The notes under the pieces were generated by a model. The model did not search any database and was not told the DNA's origin. It saw only the letters and a program-made list of their open reading frames with translations. The position numbers and the translations under genes were made by a program. This document shows positions 47,701 to 64,000 of a stretch of DNA of 64,000 bases, in pieces (position 1 is the stretch's first letter; every line of letters begins with the position of its first letter). Source of the stretch: the human T2T-CHM13v2.0 reference genome, Homo sapiens; the NCBI RefSeq assembly GCF_009914755.1, contig NC_060933.1; one strand, written 5' to 3'.

Positions 47701-48139
47701 CAGTGGGTAGGAGACAGGTCTGGAGCTGGTGCAGAGAGAGGAATGAGCCCTGCATGGGTTTGATCAGAAACTCAGCCTTGTGTAGGGACACCCTGGGGCC
47801 CGGTGCTGTCCATGCATGACCTCACAGAAGCGCAGAGCTGCCCTCTCTACAGAGGAGCGCCTGATTTGTGTGGGAGCTAGGCAGAGATCTGCATGCATGC
47901 GGAGGAGCCAGGCTTCAAGCCAGCCTGGGGGACCCCCAAGCGGGACTATCTCCCCTTCTGCACCTGGCTCTGGTGTCTTCCCACTGTGGACCCAGTGCCC
48001 TGCTCACCCACCACATTCATACCCTGGAGTCCTGGGTCCTCAGAGATCCATGACACTGCCTCACCCCCAACTTCAAATTCTCTGGGGCTCCACCCGCTGG
48101 TCTCAGCTACGTGAAGCAGTCACCGTAGACTAGAGGGTA

Positions 48140-49432
<1,293 letters not shown>

Positions 49433-50365
49433 TGAGGTCCCCGTTAGTCCCATTGAAAGCTCTAAAACCAGCGAACCCTCAGTCCAGCCTCAGGTCAGGC
49501 ATCCAGGACGGCCTCAGCCCTCATGGGTGAGCCATCTCTGCGGACACTGCACAGGGCCTACGATCCATCGCTGCCTCCCGAGGATGCCAGCCAGGCCCCC
49601 GTTGAGATAACTGCTTCCCTGCTGGACAAGGCTGGGACCAGCCATCTCGGTGACAGTTCCAGAACCCCTGGCCTGGGCTGCTGGGTTCAATGGAAAAAGG
49701 CTGTGACTAGAGTCAGGGGGATGGTCTCAGTGACCTCAAGGATAAGGCCAGATCCTTGCACTGTCAGTGACCCAAAGCAACAGGTGTCCAGAGCAGCAGT
49801 GTGGCGCCTTCACGCCCCCACACATCAGCCCAACTCACCCAGGACAGGGACTGTAGCCTCAGCACTCAACCCATGTGCCCTGTGTGGGGTCTCTTCCCAC
49901 TGCACTCACAGGAGAGGAAGGGTCCCTCAGGGGTCCACTGGGGTCCCCTCCTGCAAATGGGGCAAGGAGAGGGGCAAGGGGCTGTCTCAAGGCCCCTGGA
50001 GCACATGCAGGTCCTGGACTGGGGCTCCTGGGAGGGCCATGATTCTGGGCTCCATGAGTTCAGAGCAGACGCCTTGTTTTTCCTTGTCCACTGTCAGCCA
50101 CCCCACCCTTCCCTGACCCTTAAAAGAACCAGGAAACAGCACATGATCTGTTGGAAGGAGGCATTCATTCTTTCCTTTCTGTGGGTGTGGGGAGGGGACC
50201 ACAGGGCACATACCCCACCCTGGGATCCAGCTGAGCAGGGGGGTCAGAGATGACAGCTCTTCCGGCTCACAGGCCACCGGCCCACATACAGGGCAATCAG
50301 AAGAAAGAAACAGCACAAGGAAGGCACAGAGGGAGTCGTTGTCCCTGCCAGAGGTGCAGCACTCC

Positions 50366-50519
50366 GGGAATGTCCCTCACTCTCCCCGTCCCTCTGTCTT
50401 GCCCAATCCTGACCAGGTGCAGAAATCTTGCCAAGTGTTTCCGCAGGAGTTGCTGGCAATTGCCTCACATTCCTGGCCTTGGCAAAGAATGAATCAACCC
50501 ACCCTAGATCCCATAAATA
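50366..50519 (+). promoter_or_regulatory. LCN2 proximal promoter: NF-kB site, C/EBP sites, TATA-like box
   Basis: GGGAATGTCC 50366-50375, TTGCCCAA 50399-50406, ATAAATA 50513-50519; fits the known NF-kB/IkB-zeta and C/EBP induction of LCN2. Confidence 0.85.
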
Positions 50520-50614
50520 GGGCCACCCAGGTGAGCCTCTCACTCGCCACCTCCTCTTCCACCCCTGCCAGGCCCAGCAGCCACCACAGCGCCTGCTTCC
50601 TCGGCCCTGAAATC

Positions 50615-53600
50615 ATGCCCCTAGGTCTCCTGTGGCTGGGCCTAGCCCTGTTGGGGGCTCTGCATGCCCAGGCCCAGGACTCCACCTCAGACCTGATCCC
50701 AGCCCCACCTCTGAGCAAGGTCCCTCTGCAGCAGAACTTCCAGGACAACCAAGTAAGGGGCCAAGAGGGGCACCTGCAGGCAGGGCCTGGGGAAGAGTGG
50801 GAGCAGAGGGGAGGAGAGGTGAAGAGACTCAGGAAGAGCGTTGGGCAGGACTCTAGGAGTCCAGGGTCCAGGTTTCAGCTCACTCTGTGCCACCAGGGTC
50901 CCCTGGTGGAAACCATGCCCCTTCCCCCCATCCCCACCCCCTCTCAGCCTGAACAGACTCCCCCAGGTCCACATCCCCTCTCCCATAACCCCCATTGTCC
51001 AAAGAAGGTGGGAGCACTTTTAGTCCCCCTGCACAGATGAGGAAACTGAGGCTCAGGAAGGCCCACCAGCCACATGCCTCCTCCAGTGAGGAGGTCACCC
51101 TCCTCCCTGCCAGACTCAGAACCGCCTCTTCCCCCAGGACTCCCTTCTGGACTGATGGCCTCCTGCTCCTGCCCCTTCACCAGTGCAGGCCCAGCCTGGG
51201 CCCTGCTGCCCAGCTAGAGGGGCTCATGGTTCCAAGCTGGGCGGCCCAGAGGTGCCACAGGGACAGAGCTGGAGGGGTGGCTCCTAGGGCCATTCCTGGG
51301 TTGTGCCTCTTATCAGTCCCTTGCAGTTCCAGGGGAAGTGGTATGTGGTAGGCCTGGCAGGGAATGCAATTCTCAGAGAAGACAAAGACCCGCAAAAGAT
51401 GTATGCCACCATCTATGAGCTGAAAGAAGACAAGAGCTACAATGTCACCTCCGTCCTGTTTAGGTGAGGGCCGACATCTCCTGGGGGTGTGAGAGTCAGA
51501 CTGACGTCACAGGCAAGGGATGGCCAAAGCTGAGGGATCCTGTCGTTCACCTCGCTGTTCTGCCCGGAATTCATCTGTGTTCATCCTTCCTCTGTTCCTT
51601 AGAGCAACGTTTATAGCACATTTCCATGCAGACACACAGACAGTGGTGGGGATGGACATGCACAGTCGTTAGAAAACAAGACGGAGAGAGGAGGGGTGCC
51701 TGGGAGCGGGAGGAGGGGACACTGGATCCAGCCTGGAACCCCACCCAGTGCCTTCATGGAAGGCTTCCAGGGAGGTGGCCTTAAAAGAGCCAACCTGCTT
51801 CAAAAGGAAATGTGGGGTGTTCCCGGCAGGGGCTGGAGTCAGAGAGAGCCCCCCCTTCAGGAAGGAGCAAGCCATCGCAGGGTCACCCTGAGCAGAGCTG
51901 CTGAGCAGCCTGGAGGGGCAGGTGGCCACGCTAGCACCTAGCACGGTCCTCAGGCCCCGCCCCAGCGGATCTGCTGCGGAGTGGCTTAGAGCAGGGCTCT
52001 TGGGCCGCAGGGTGGGGAGACTTGGTGGGGTGCAGCCTAGGGGGTCGGGAGACCAGCGAAAGTGAAGCGGGGCCGTCACAGGTGTGAGAGAACAGGCGCA
52101 GGGTGAAGAGGCAGGGAGCCAGGGATCAGCCGCCCCCAGTGGGTTTCTGACTCTGGCAGCTGAGTGGATTGGGATTGGGGCATTTGTGGAGCAAGGAGCA
52201 GAATACAGACAGGTTGGGGAGCTCAGCCCTGGGGTGCCAGGGGATGGGAAGTGGGAGGACTCAAGGATGGGGTCAGGTTTGACCCGAGAGCTAGGGGAAC
52301 GGCTGGCATGGAGCAGACTGGAAGTACCGAGGTGGATCCCCGGGAGAGGGTATAGGAAGGGAAGCAGCAAGCTGAGTGCAGGGGAGAAATGCAGGGTTTC
52401 TGTGTGTTGGGTGGCGGCGGGGGTGAAAGCCACCCAGGGAGGCAGCCAAAGGAAAGAAGGACATCGGGTGCTGGAGGGTCTGAGTGGGGTCCAGGGGCCC
52501 CAGGCAGGCCAGGAGGGACAGCCTGGTGTCAGCTCAGGGAGAAGGCCCAGGCCCATCTCGGCTGGGTGGGGTAGGGCCCCTCCAGGTAGTGGGGGATGAG
52601 CTGTCACGGGTTGGGCCGGACTGAGAGCAACAGAACCCTGCTGCTGCCCTGGCCCCACCTTGTCCAGCACAGGAGGCCCAAGCCTGGGTTGTCTCCCCTC
52701 TCACCCACCCATCTCTCCCTCCCAAGGAAAAAGAAGTGTGACTACTGGATCAGGACTTTTGTTCCAGGTTGCCAGCCCGGCGAGTTCACGCTGGGCAACA
52801 TTAAGAGTGAGTCTTGAGTGAGGTGGGGCACTGAGTTGGGGCTCCGGGGAGCTGGGTAGGGGCACAGACCTTCCTGCCCCTCCACACAGATGTGTTGTAT
52901 GGGGAGAAGCCCACGTTGATGGGCTGGGGAGGGAGGGGACAGCTCCCTCCTCCCATCCAGGGCAGGGCTGACCCCTCACCGTCCACGCCTGCAGGTTACC
53001 CTGGATTAACGAGTTACCTCGTCCGAGTGGTGAGCACCAACTACAACCAGCATGCTATGGTGTTCTTCAAGAAAGTTTCTCAAAACAGGGAGTACTTCAA
53101 GATCACCCTCTACGGTGGGTCCTCTCCCATCCCCTCGGGGACTGGCTCCTGATCACACTTAGTGGGAGGGGAGGCCGGTCCCCCATGAGGAAGGGATCTG
53201 AGGCCTCATCTACTCATTCAACGATATTTATGTGGTGTCTGCCGGCCACTCACTGGCCATCTTGGTCACAGGGAGAACCAAGGAGCTGACTTCGGAACTA
53301 AAGGAGAACTTCATCCGCTTCTCCAAATCTCTGGGCCTCCCTGAAAACCACATCGTCTTCCCTGTCCCAATCGGTAATGGCCAGTCTGGATGAGGGGACG
53401 GGGACATGGGGACTGTTCAGGCAGGATGCTTCCCTACCAGGGATCAGGGAGAGGAGGGACTCCGTCCTCAGCTTCAGTCACTGGAGCAGTGGATGGTCCA
53501 GGAGCTCCTTGGAAGCCACTCTGGGCCCAGGAAGACTGTGCCCCACCCCAGGGTCTATGGGACTCCCAGGGACCCAGGCCGCAAGTGCTCTTTCCTGGCA

Positions 53601-54208
53601 GTTTAGCCCGGGTCTGCCCAGACAAGGATTTCAGGCCCAGGCCTGAGTATCCATTTCTCAGTCTCACTGGCCTGACACCTCTGGCCACCCTCCCAGGCCC
53701 CCTTGTTCTGGGCCATCTCCCCCGACCCTCCCAGGCCTCGTCACCCTGGGTTTTGCTGTCCTGGCTGTCCTCTCTCCCCTGGGGACTTGCTCACCACTGA
53801 CTTGGGAGCTGTCCTTGACTCCAGGGAGCCTGGCTTGGGCAGGAGGCTCCAGCCAGGCCATTCAGAGAGCCACTGGCCTCCCCCAGGCTGAGAGACTGCC
53901 TGGACTGGTAAACAGGCAGGAGACCTGGGTGCCCGAGGAGCCTGGGAGCTGGGCCTCACTCAGGGCAGCCCCTCCCCAGGCCTTTCTCCCACATCCCCTG
54001 CCCTGCCATCCACCCCTCTGTTGCCCCATCTCTGAAAGGAACCCCCATATCTTCTGCAGCTGGGCCAGGTGGGGCAGGGGCTGCCCAGGGGCAGTGCAGA
54101 GGACCTGGCAGTCAGGGATCACACACACACACTCATACACGCACACACACACACAGCTGCCTGTTCTGACGGACTTTCTCCCTAACAGACCAGTGTATCG
54201 ACGGCTGA
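50615..54208 (+). CDS. LCN2: Lipocalin-2 / NGAL / siderocalin, 198 aa; coding exons 50615-50752, 51327-51463, 52727-52806, 52995-53114, 53272-53373, 54189-54208; non-coding last exon from 54400
   Basis: Exons sum to 597 nt. Signal peptide MPLGLLWLGLALLGALHAQA and lipocalin motifs FQGKWY, STNYNQ, LYGR; all introns GT-AG. Confidence 0.99.
54120..54154. repeat. Imperfect (CA)n microsatellite in LCN2 intron 5
   Basis: cacacacacacactcatacacgcacacacacaca. Confidence 0.8.
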
Positions 54209-54522
54209 GTGCACAGTGAGTGTGGCTGGGCGGCTGCGAGGGGGCTTGTGGGAGGCCAGGGTGCAGTGGGCTGGGGGTCTTGGGCCTGCCTTTGCTCATC
54301 CCCCTGCCCCCCAGCACTGCTGCTGTCTTTATTCTGCTGTCCCCATCTCGGGTGCCTCCCATTTCCCCACCCATCACCCTCATATCCACCTCTGTCCAGG
54401 GTGCCGCCAGCTGCCGCACCAGCCCGAACACCATTGAGGGAGCTGGGAGACCCTCCCCACAGTGCCACCCATGCAGCTGCTCCCCAGGCCACCCCGCTGA
54501 TGGAGCCCCACCTTGTCTGCTA

Positions 54523-54528
54523 AATAAA
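54523..54528 (+). terminator. LCN2 polyadenylation signal
   Basis: AATAAA in the terminal exon. Confidence 0.9.
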
Positions 54529-55345
54529 CATGTGCCCTCAGGCCTCTGAGTCTACACTGTTTGACCCCTGGGCCTTCGAGGAAGGGGAGGGGCGGGAGGC
54601 TCCCACTGGCATCACTCTCAGGGTCTGCACCCCCAGGATGGAGCCTAGCGAACCCAGCCTGGGTGTTAGGGCTGCAGAGTGAAGACACAAGCCCCTGGTC
54701 ATCACCAGCAGCTTTGTGGCTGACCACCCTGAGTCCTTCCCACGTGGTGTAACACCGTCCTCCCTCCTGCTGTGACATGGCGCCCAGCCCCAGAGCAGCG
54801 GCAGTTCTCACATTCCCCTGCCTAGGAGGGTGCCCAGTCCATCGCAGACACGGTGGGCCACACCCCATCAGAGTGCGACAGGGGCATGCACAGCTGGAGG
54901 CTGTTCCAGGCAGAGGGTCGGCTCGGCGGGGATGGTCCCCTGCCCCTCTGCCAGCCCACTGTGGGCCCCGTGGGTGAGGGGCCATGTCCATGCTAACCCC
55001 GTTTCAGAGCGTGCTGCCCCTTACCCCACACCTCCCCGCCTGATGACATCCAGGCCACCTTGGGGGTGCATTCTGAAGCCAGGGGCAGGGCCAGGGGGAA
55101 GTGAGGAGGGGCTGTGCCGCCAAGAATCCAATTCCCCAGGACTCAGAGGGCTCCAGGCCTGCACTTATCACTTGGCTGCCTGTGTCAGGCCTGACAAGCC
55201 CCTGGTCCCCCACTGGCCGCAGAGGCAACCTCTCCAGGTCCGCATCATGCACAGGCACTCCCTCCCCAGCCCCTTCTCCCCGTGCAAGTTCAGAGGCCAG
55301 AGTGGGTGGGGTTCTGAGGAAACCCCATGGACAGACACACCACCC

Positions 55346-55423
55346 CGTTCACCCTCGGCTAGGGTTAGGGTTAGGGTTAGGGTTAGGGTTAACCCTAACC
55401 CTAACCCTCGTTCACCCTCGGCT
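55346..55423. repeat. Head-to-head interstitial telomeric sequence with a 15-bp flanking direct repeat
   Basis: CGTTCACCCTCGGCT-(AGGGTT)5-(AACCCT)3-CGTTCACCCTCGGCT. Confidence 0.95.
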
Positions 55424-55858
55424 GGGCTAAGGAGAGATGCTGGCACTGTGAACCAGCCCCAGCCTCGGACCCCAAGGAGCAGGACAGGCCTGAGACCCAG
55501 GCCCACCAAATGCTGCCAAAGCCTCGGAAGTCTGGTCCAGACTCCCGGAAGAGGCCAGCTTGGTGCAGCCCCGGCTTTGAGAGAGGGATGGGACTGTTCC
55601 CAAGCCCAGAGAGGCTCAGGCTGAGAAAGTCACCCAGGGACTGCTAGCTGGCCAAGGGGGTGGAAAGTGCACCCAGCACGCCTGGCCCTTGGGCTCCAAG
55701 TGGGGCAGCAGATCTAGTTTCCTAGCTTGGCCCAAGCAAGGCAGCTTCCTGTCACCCCCTGGGCCTGCTGAGCCTTTGAGGATCAAACCCTTAGGGCCTA
55801 GAAGGGCTTTGTGTTTCCTTCCAGGTCGCCATAGGTTTGAGTTTCCTATTGCCACTAT

Positions 55859-57131
<1,273 letters not shown>

Positions 57132-57400
57132 CTATCATAAATCACCACAAACTGTGGGTTTAAAACAACACCTATATATTCTGGAGGTCAGAAGTTTGAA
57201 ATCAGTTTGACTGGGCAGAAATGAGGGTCCACAGAGCTGTGCTTCCTCCAGAGGCTTTCAGGGAAGCTGCTCCCTGCCCTTCCCAGCTTCTCATGCTATC
57301 TTCCTTGCACCCCTTAGCCTGTGGCTCCTTCCTCCTTCAAAGGCAGTGGAGCATCAGCAAATCTCTTTCTCTGCTGAGGGCCTCACTCTCAGCCAAGGAG
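57132..57400 (-). mobile_element. MLT1 MaLR fragment; its first part lies at ~55836-55858
   Basis: cataaatcaccacaaact...ttctggaggtcagaagtttgaaatc motifs. Confidence 0.65.
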
Positions 57401-57409
57401 GGCAGGCTA

Positions 57410-60989
<3,580 letters not shown>

Positions 60990-61000
<11 letters not shown>

Positions 61001-61950
61001 AGGAAACCCCGTTTTCGATTTCGCCAACGCGGAGGGGCCGAAGCAGCAGATGGGCTTGGACGGTCTCCCGCCGTTCCTCCCGGACCTCCCTACTCCTGGG
61101 CTTTTCCAGGGGCAGCCCCGTGGTGGCCCCGCCCAGCGCCCGGGAGAGGGGCGAGGCCGGGGGCGGAATGGGCGGAGTTCGACTGTGAGGGAGGTGGAGG
61201 CGGGAGTCCGGTGGTGGGGGTGGAGTCTGGAGGTAGGGCGGGGCCAGAACAGCGGCGGGGGCGGAGTTCCGGCTGGGGGCGGGGCGGGGCGGAGCGGGAG
61301 CTGCGGGATTCCGGCTTCAGGGGCGGGGCACCGGCCTCTGGGCGGAGATCTGCTGCCGCGTTCTACCCTTCCGGCCCGTGTTCTATCCGCCGCCTCCACC
61401 TTCCATCCGGCGCCGGCTTTCGGCGCGACGGTCGCCGCGTTCCATCGTCGCGCGGCCCTTCGGGCGCCCGAGCCCGCAATGTCGGGCCCCAACGGAGACC
61501 TGGGGATGCCGGTGGAGGCGGGAGCGGAAGGCGAGGAGGACGGCTTCGGGGAAGCAGGTGACCCGAGGGGGCTGCTGGAGCAACCTTGCATTTTCAGGGC
61601 TGCCCTCCCGGGAAGGGGAATCGAGATGGGGTCTCGGAAGGGAACAAAGAGCCCACCCATTCCGCCCCGAGCGGGTCCGGAGTTGTAGGTGCTGTCTCGG
61701 ATGCAGGGCGAGCACCCGCGAGCCGGTTCCCAGCCCCGTGAGACCTGCAGGTCACCAGTCCCGTTTTACAGATGGGGAAACTAAGGCAGCTTCGGGGACA
61801 CTCGCCCTTGTGGGCCTTGCTCCACCACTTCCTTCAGTCCTGGGGGAGACCGAGGCACCTGAGGGAGGCAGGGTTGAGCTTAGCGGAGGGGCCGGGCCGG
61901 GACGTGGAGTTGGGGACGCGGGGGCGTCGCTCTGCCGATTCAGCATCCCC
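60990..61950 (+). promoter_or_regulatory. CpG island promoter of BBLN
   Basis: CpG-rich, with multiple GC boxes and ETS (TTCCGG) motifs. Confidence 0.85.
61479..61557 (+). CDS. BBLN: Bublin coiled-coil protein (C9orf16), coding exon 1 (MSGPNGDLGMPVEAGAEGEEDGFGEA); exon 2 lies beyond the window
   Basis: GCAATGT start context, recognised N-terminus, CAG/GTGACC donor at 61558. Confidence 0.9.
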
Positions 61951-62721
61951 AGCCACCCGGCTTTGCTGGTGTAGCCTCACAGCCTTGCCAAATGTCAGCA
62001 GCTTACAGAGCAGCCTTTTGCGTGCTTACGAGTGCAGGGGTGGGGTGTGAAGAGAACCATCGGCTCCCTTCTCACCTTCTTCAGCCTCAGTTTCCCCCTC
62101 TATAAAATAGGAATAACGATTAGTGTCTGCTGCACTGGGATGTGTCAGAATTAAATGCAAAAAAAAAAAAAGGAAAATCCTTAGCAGGTTCTAGCATGCA
62201 AGAGTTCAGTAAATGGTTATCGTCATTATTATCTTTGGTATAGTAAAGATTGGCATGTTAACATACACTGAGGATTTAGTAAATGTGGTGTAAGTATGGT
62301 GCATGCTCTTTGTTTTGTTTGGCGTAACAGCTTTATTGAGCTATACAACTTACCCATTTAAACTGTACAGTTCAGTAGGCTTTTGTGTATTCCCAGGGTT
62401 GTACATCCATCACAATAGTTTCAGGTAGCTCTGCATTGGGCAATGCTGTTGGGAGCATCAGGAAGAGCTTCCCAGGAGGTCACATTAAGTGGATGTTGGC
62501 AGACAGGACTTAGAACAGTGGGGAGGAGGGTGGTGTCCCAGGCAGAAGCAAAGGCTTGGAACTGGGAAGTACCCTTGACACAGATAAAGCCTGGCCTGGA
62601 GGGGTGTGGGGCACCTGCCTCCCCAATTCCTCCTCCTAGCCTGTATCCCAGGACACAGAGTTCGAAATATTGATAATAATGACCATCCACTAAGTACTTG
62701 CTGTGGCCAGATCCTGTCTGA

Positions 62722-63021
<300 letters not shown>

Positions 63022-64000
63022 ACTGTCTGAACTCTTGATATGTTTGAATCCTCACAACCTTTTTTATTTTCCCTTTTTTCCAGAAAGGTACAACTTGCTG
63101 GGGTAAAGCAGAGCTGAAATTCAAACCCAAGTGACCCTGACCCCCAAGTCCAATCCTGAGTTTCGGCTGTTACCAACCTGGAGGACCCTGGGCAGGTTCC
63201 TTCCTTCTGAGGCCTCGGTTTCCCTAGCTATATACCATGAGGGGGTTGGACTTTAAGATGCAGCCGATTTCCCAGGACGCTGTCGTCTGTGAGGGTGGCT
63301 GGCTCTAGGCAACGGGTGCCCTTTCCCAGAACACAGGCACATATGCACCCATAACCCAGATACGCTCCTCCAGCTCCTCCACCGGCTGCTTCCCCCTTGG
63401 TCTCAAGCTGGCAGCTGAGTGTATGTGAGTCATGGGCTGGCTCAGAACTGGGTCCCGCAGTGGGCACAGGCCCAGACCTTGAGTCCTCAGGGACACTGTG
63501 TTGCTGAGCAGGGCAGCTCTGGAGTGGCCGTGGAGGGGAGGGAGTGATGGTTTCTAGTGGAGACCAGGGAAGGCTTCTTGGAGGAGGCATTTTGAGCTGG
63601 TCCTTGAAGGGCTGTTGTGGTTGAGGCATTCTAGGTTGCAGGGATAGTTGAGCAATGGCGGAGAGGCTGGAAAGTCAGAGGCTTCATTCATTCACTCACT
63701 CAGTCATTCAACAAATGCTTATCGCAAAACTGTGAGGGCACCAGGGAGCCAGCAGCGAACACAGGACCGTTCATCTTTCATGGGGAAACATAACAGCACT
63801 CAGATAAGCACAGCAGTCAATCCTGGAGAGAAGGTCGTGGAGGGCTGAGGAGGGCTAGGGGCTCAGCATAGAGGCCTGATCCAGTCTGGGGCATTGGGTG
63901 GGCTCCCGGTGGTGACATCCATACTGAGACTTGAAGGATGAGTGGGACTCATCCAGGAGGAGAGAAGGGAAGGAAGATGGGAGGACCCAGCACCTTCCAG

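Noticed and set aside
50339-50614. In-frame upstream extension of LCN2 exon 1 in the ORF track
   Set aside because: Starts at a non-ATG codon upstream of the TATA box, so it is outside the normal transcript.
51669-52670. 333-aa antisense ORF in LCN2 intron 2 (also 30248-31204 and 60983-61660)
   Set aside because: GC-rich, Pro/Ser-biased, no recognisable domain; expected by chance.

Overview
Human (primate) genomic DNA, recognisable as the 9q34.11 interval SLC25A25 - PTGES2 - LCN2 - BBLN/C9orf16. Spliced CDSs reconstructed from splice signals give complete proteins: SLC25A25 (+, 10 exons, 469 aa), PTGES2 (-, 7 exons, 377 aa, one GC-AG intron) and LCN2 (+, 6 coding exons, 198 aa). Only BBLN exon 1 lies in the window. 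Intergenic DNA is dense in Alu, L1, L2, MIR, MaLR and ERV LTRs. Notable structures: (1) a head-to-head telomeric insert (AGGGTT)5(AACCCT)3 bracketed by a 15-bp direct repeat just downstream of LCN2; (2) a ~1.1-kb diverged duplicate of the BBLN promoter, exon 1 and start of intron 1 that forms the far half of the PTGES2 CpG island, carries a new 185-194-codon ORF and ends at an LTR13 with no TSD; (3) a SATR-like satellite fused to an ERV pol fragment; (4) a tight pair of convergent CTCF motifs. Gene and repeat-family names come from recognition, not database searches.
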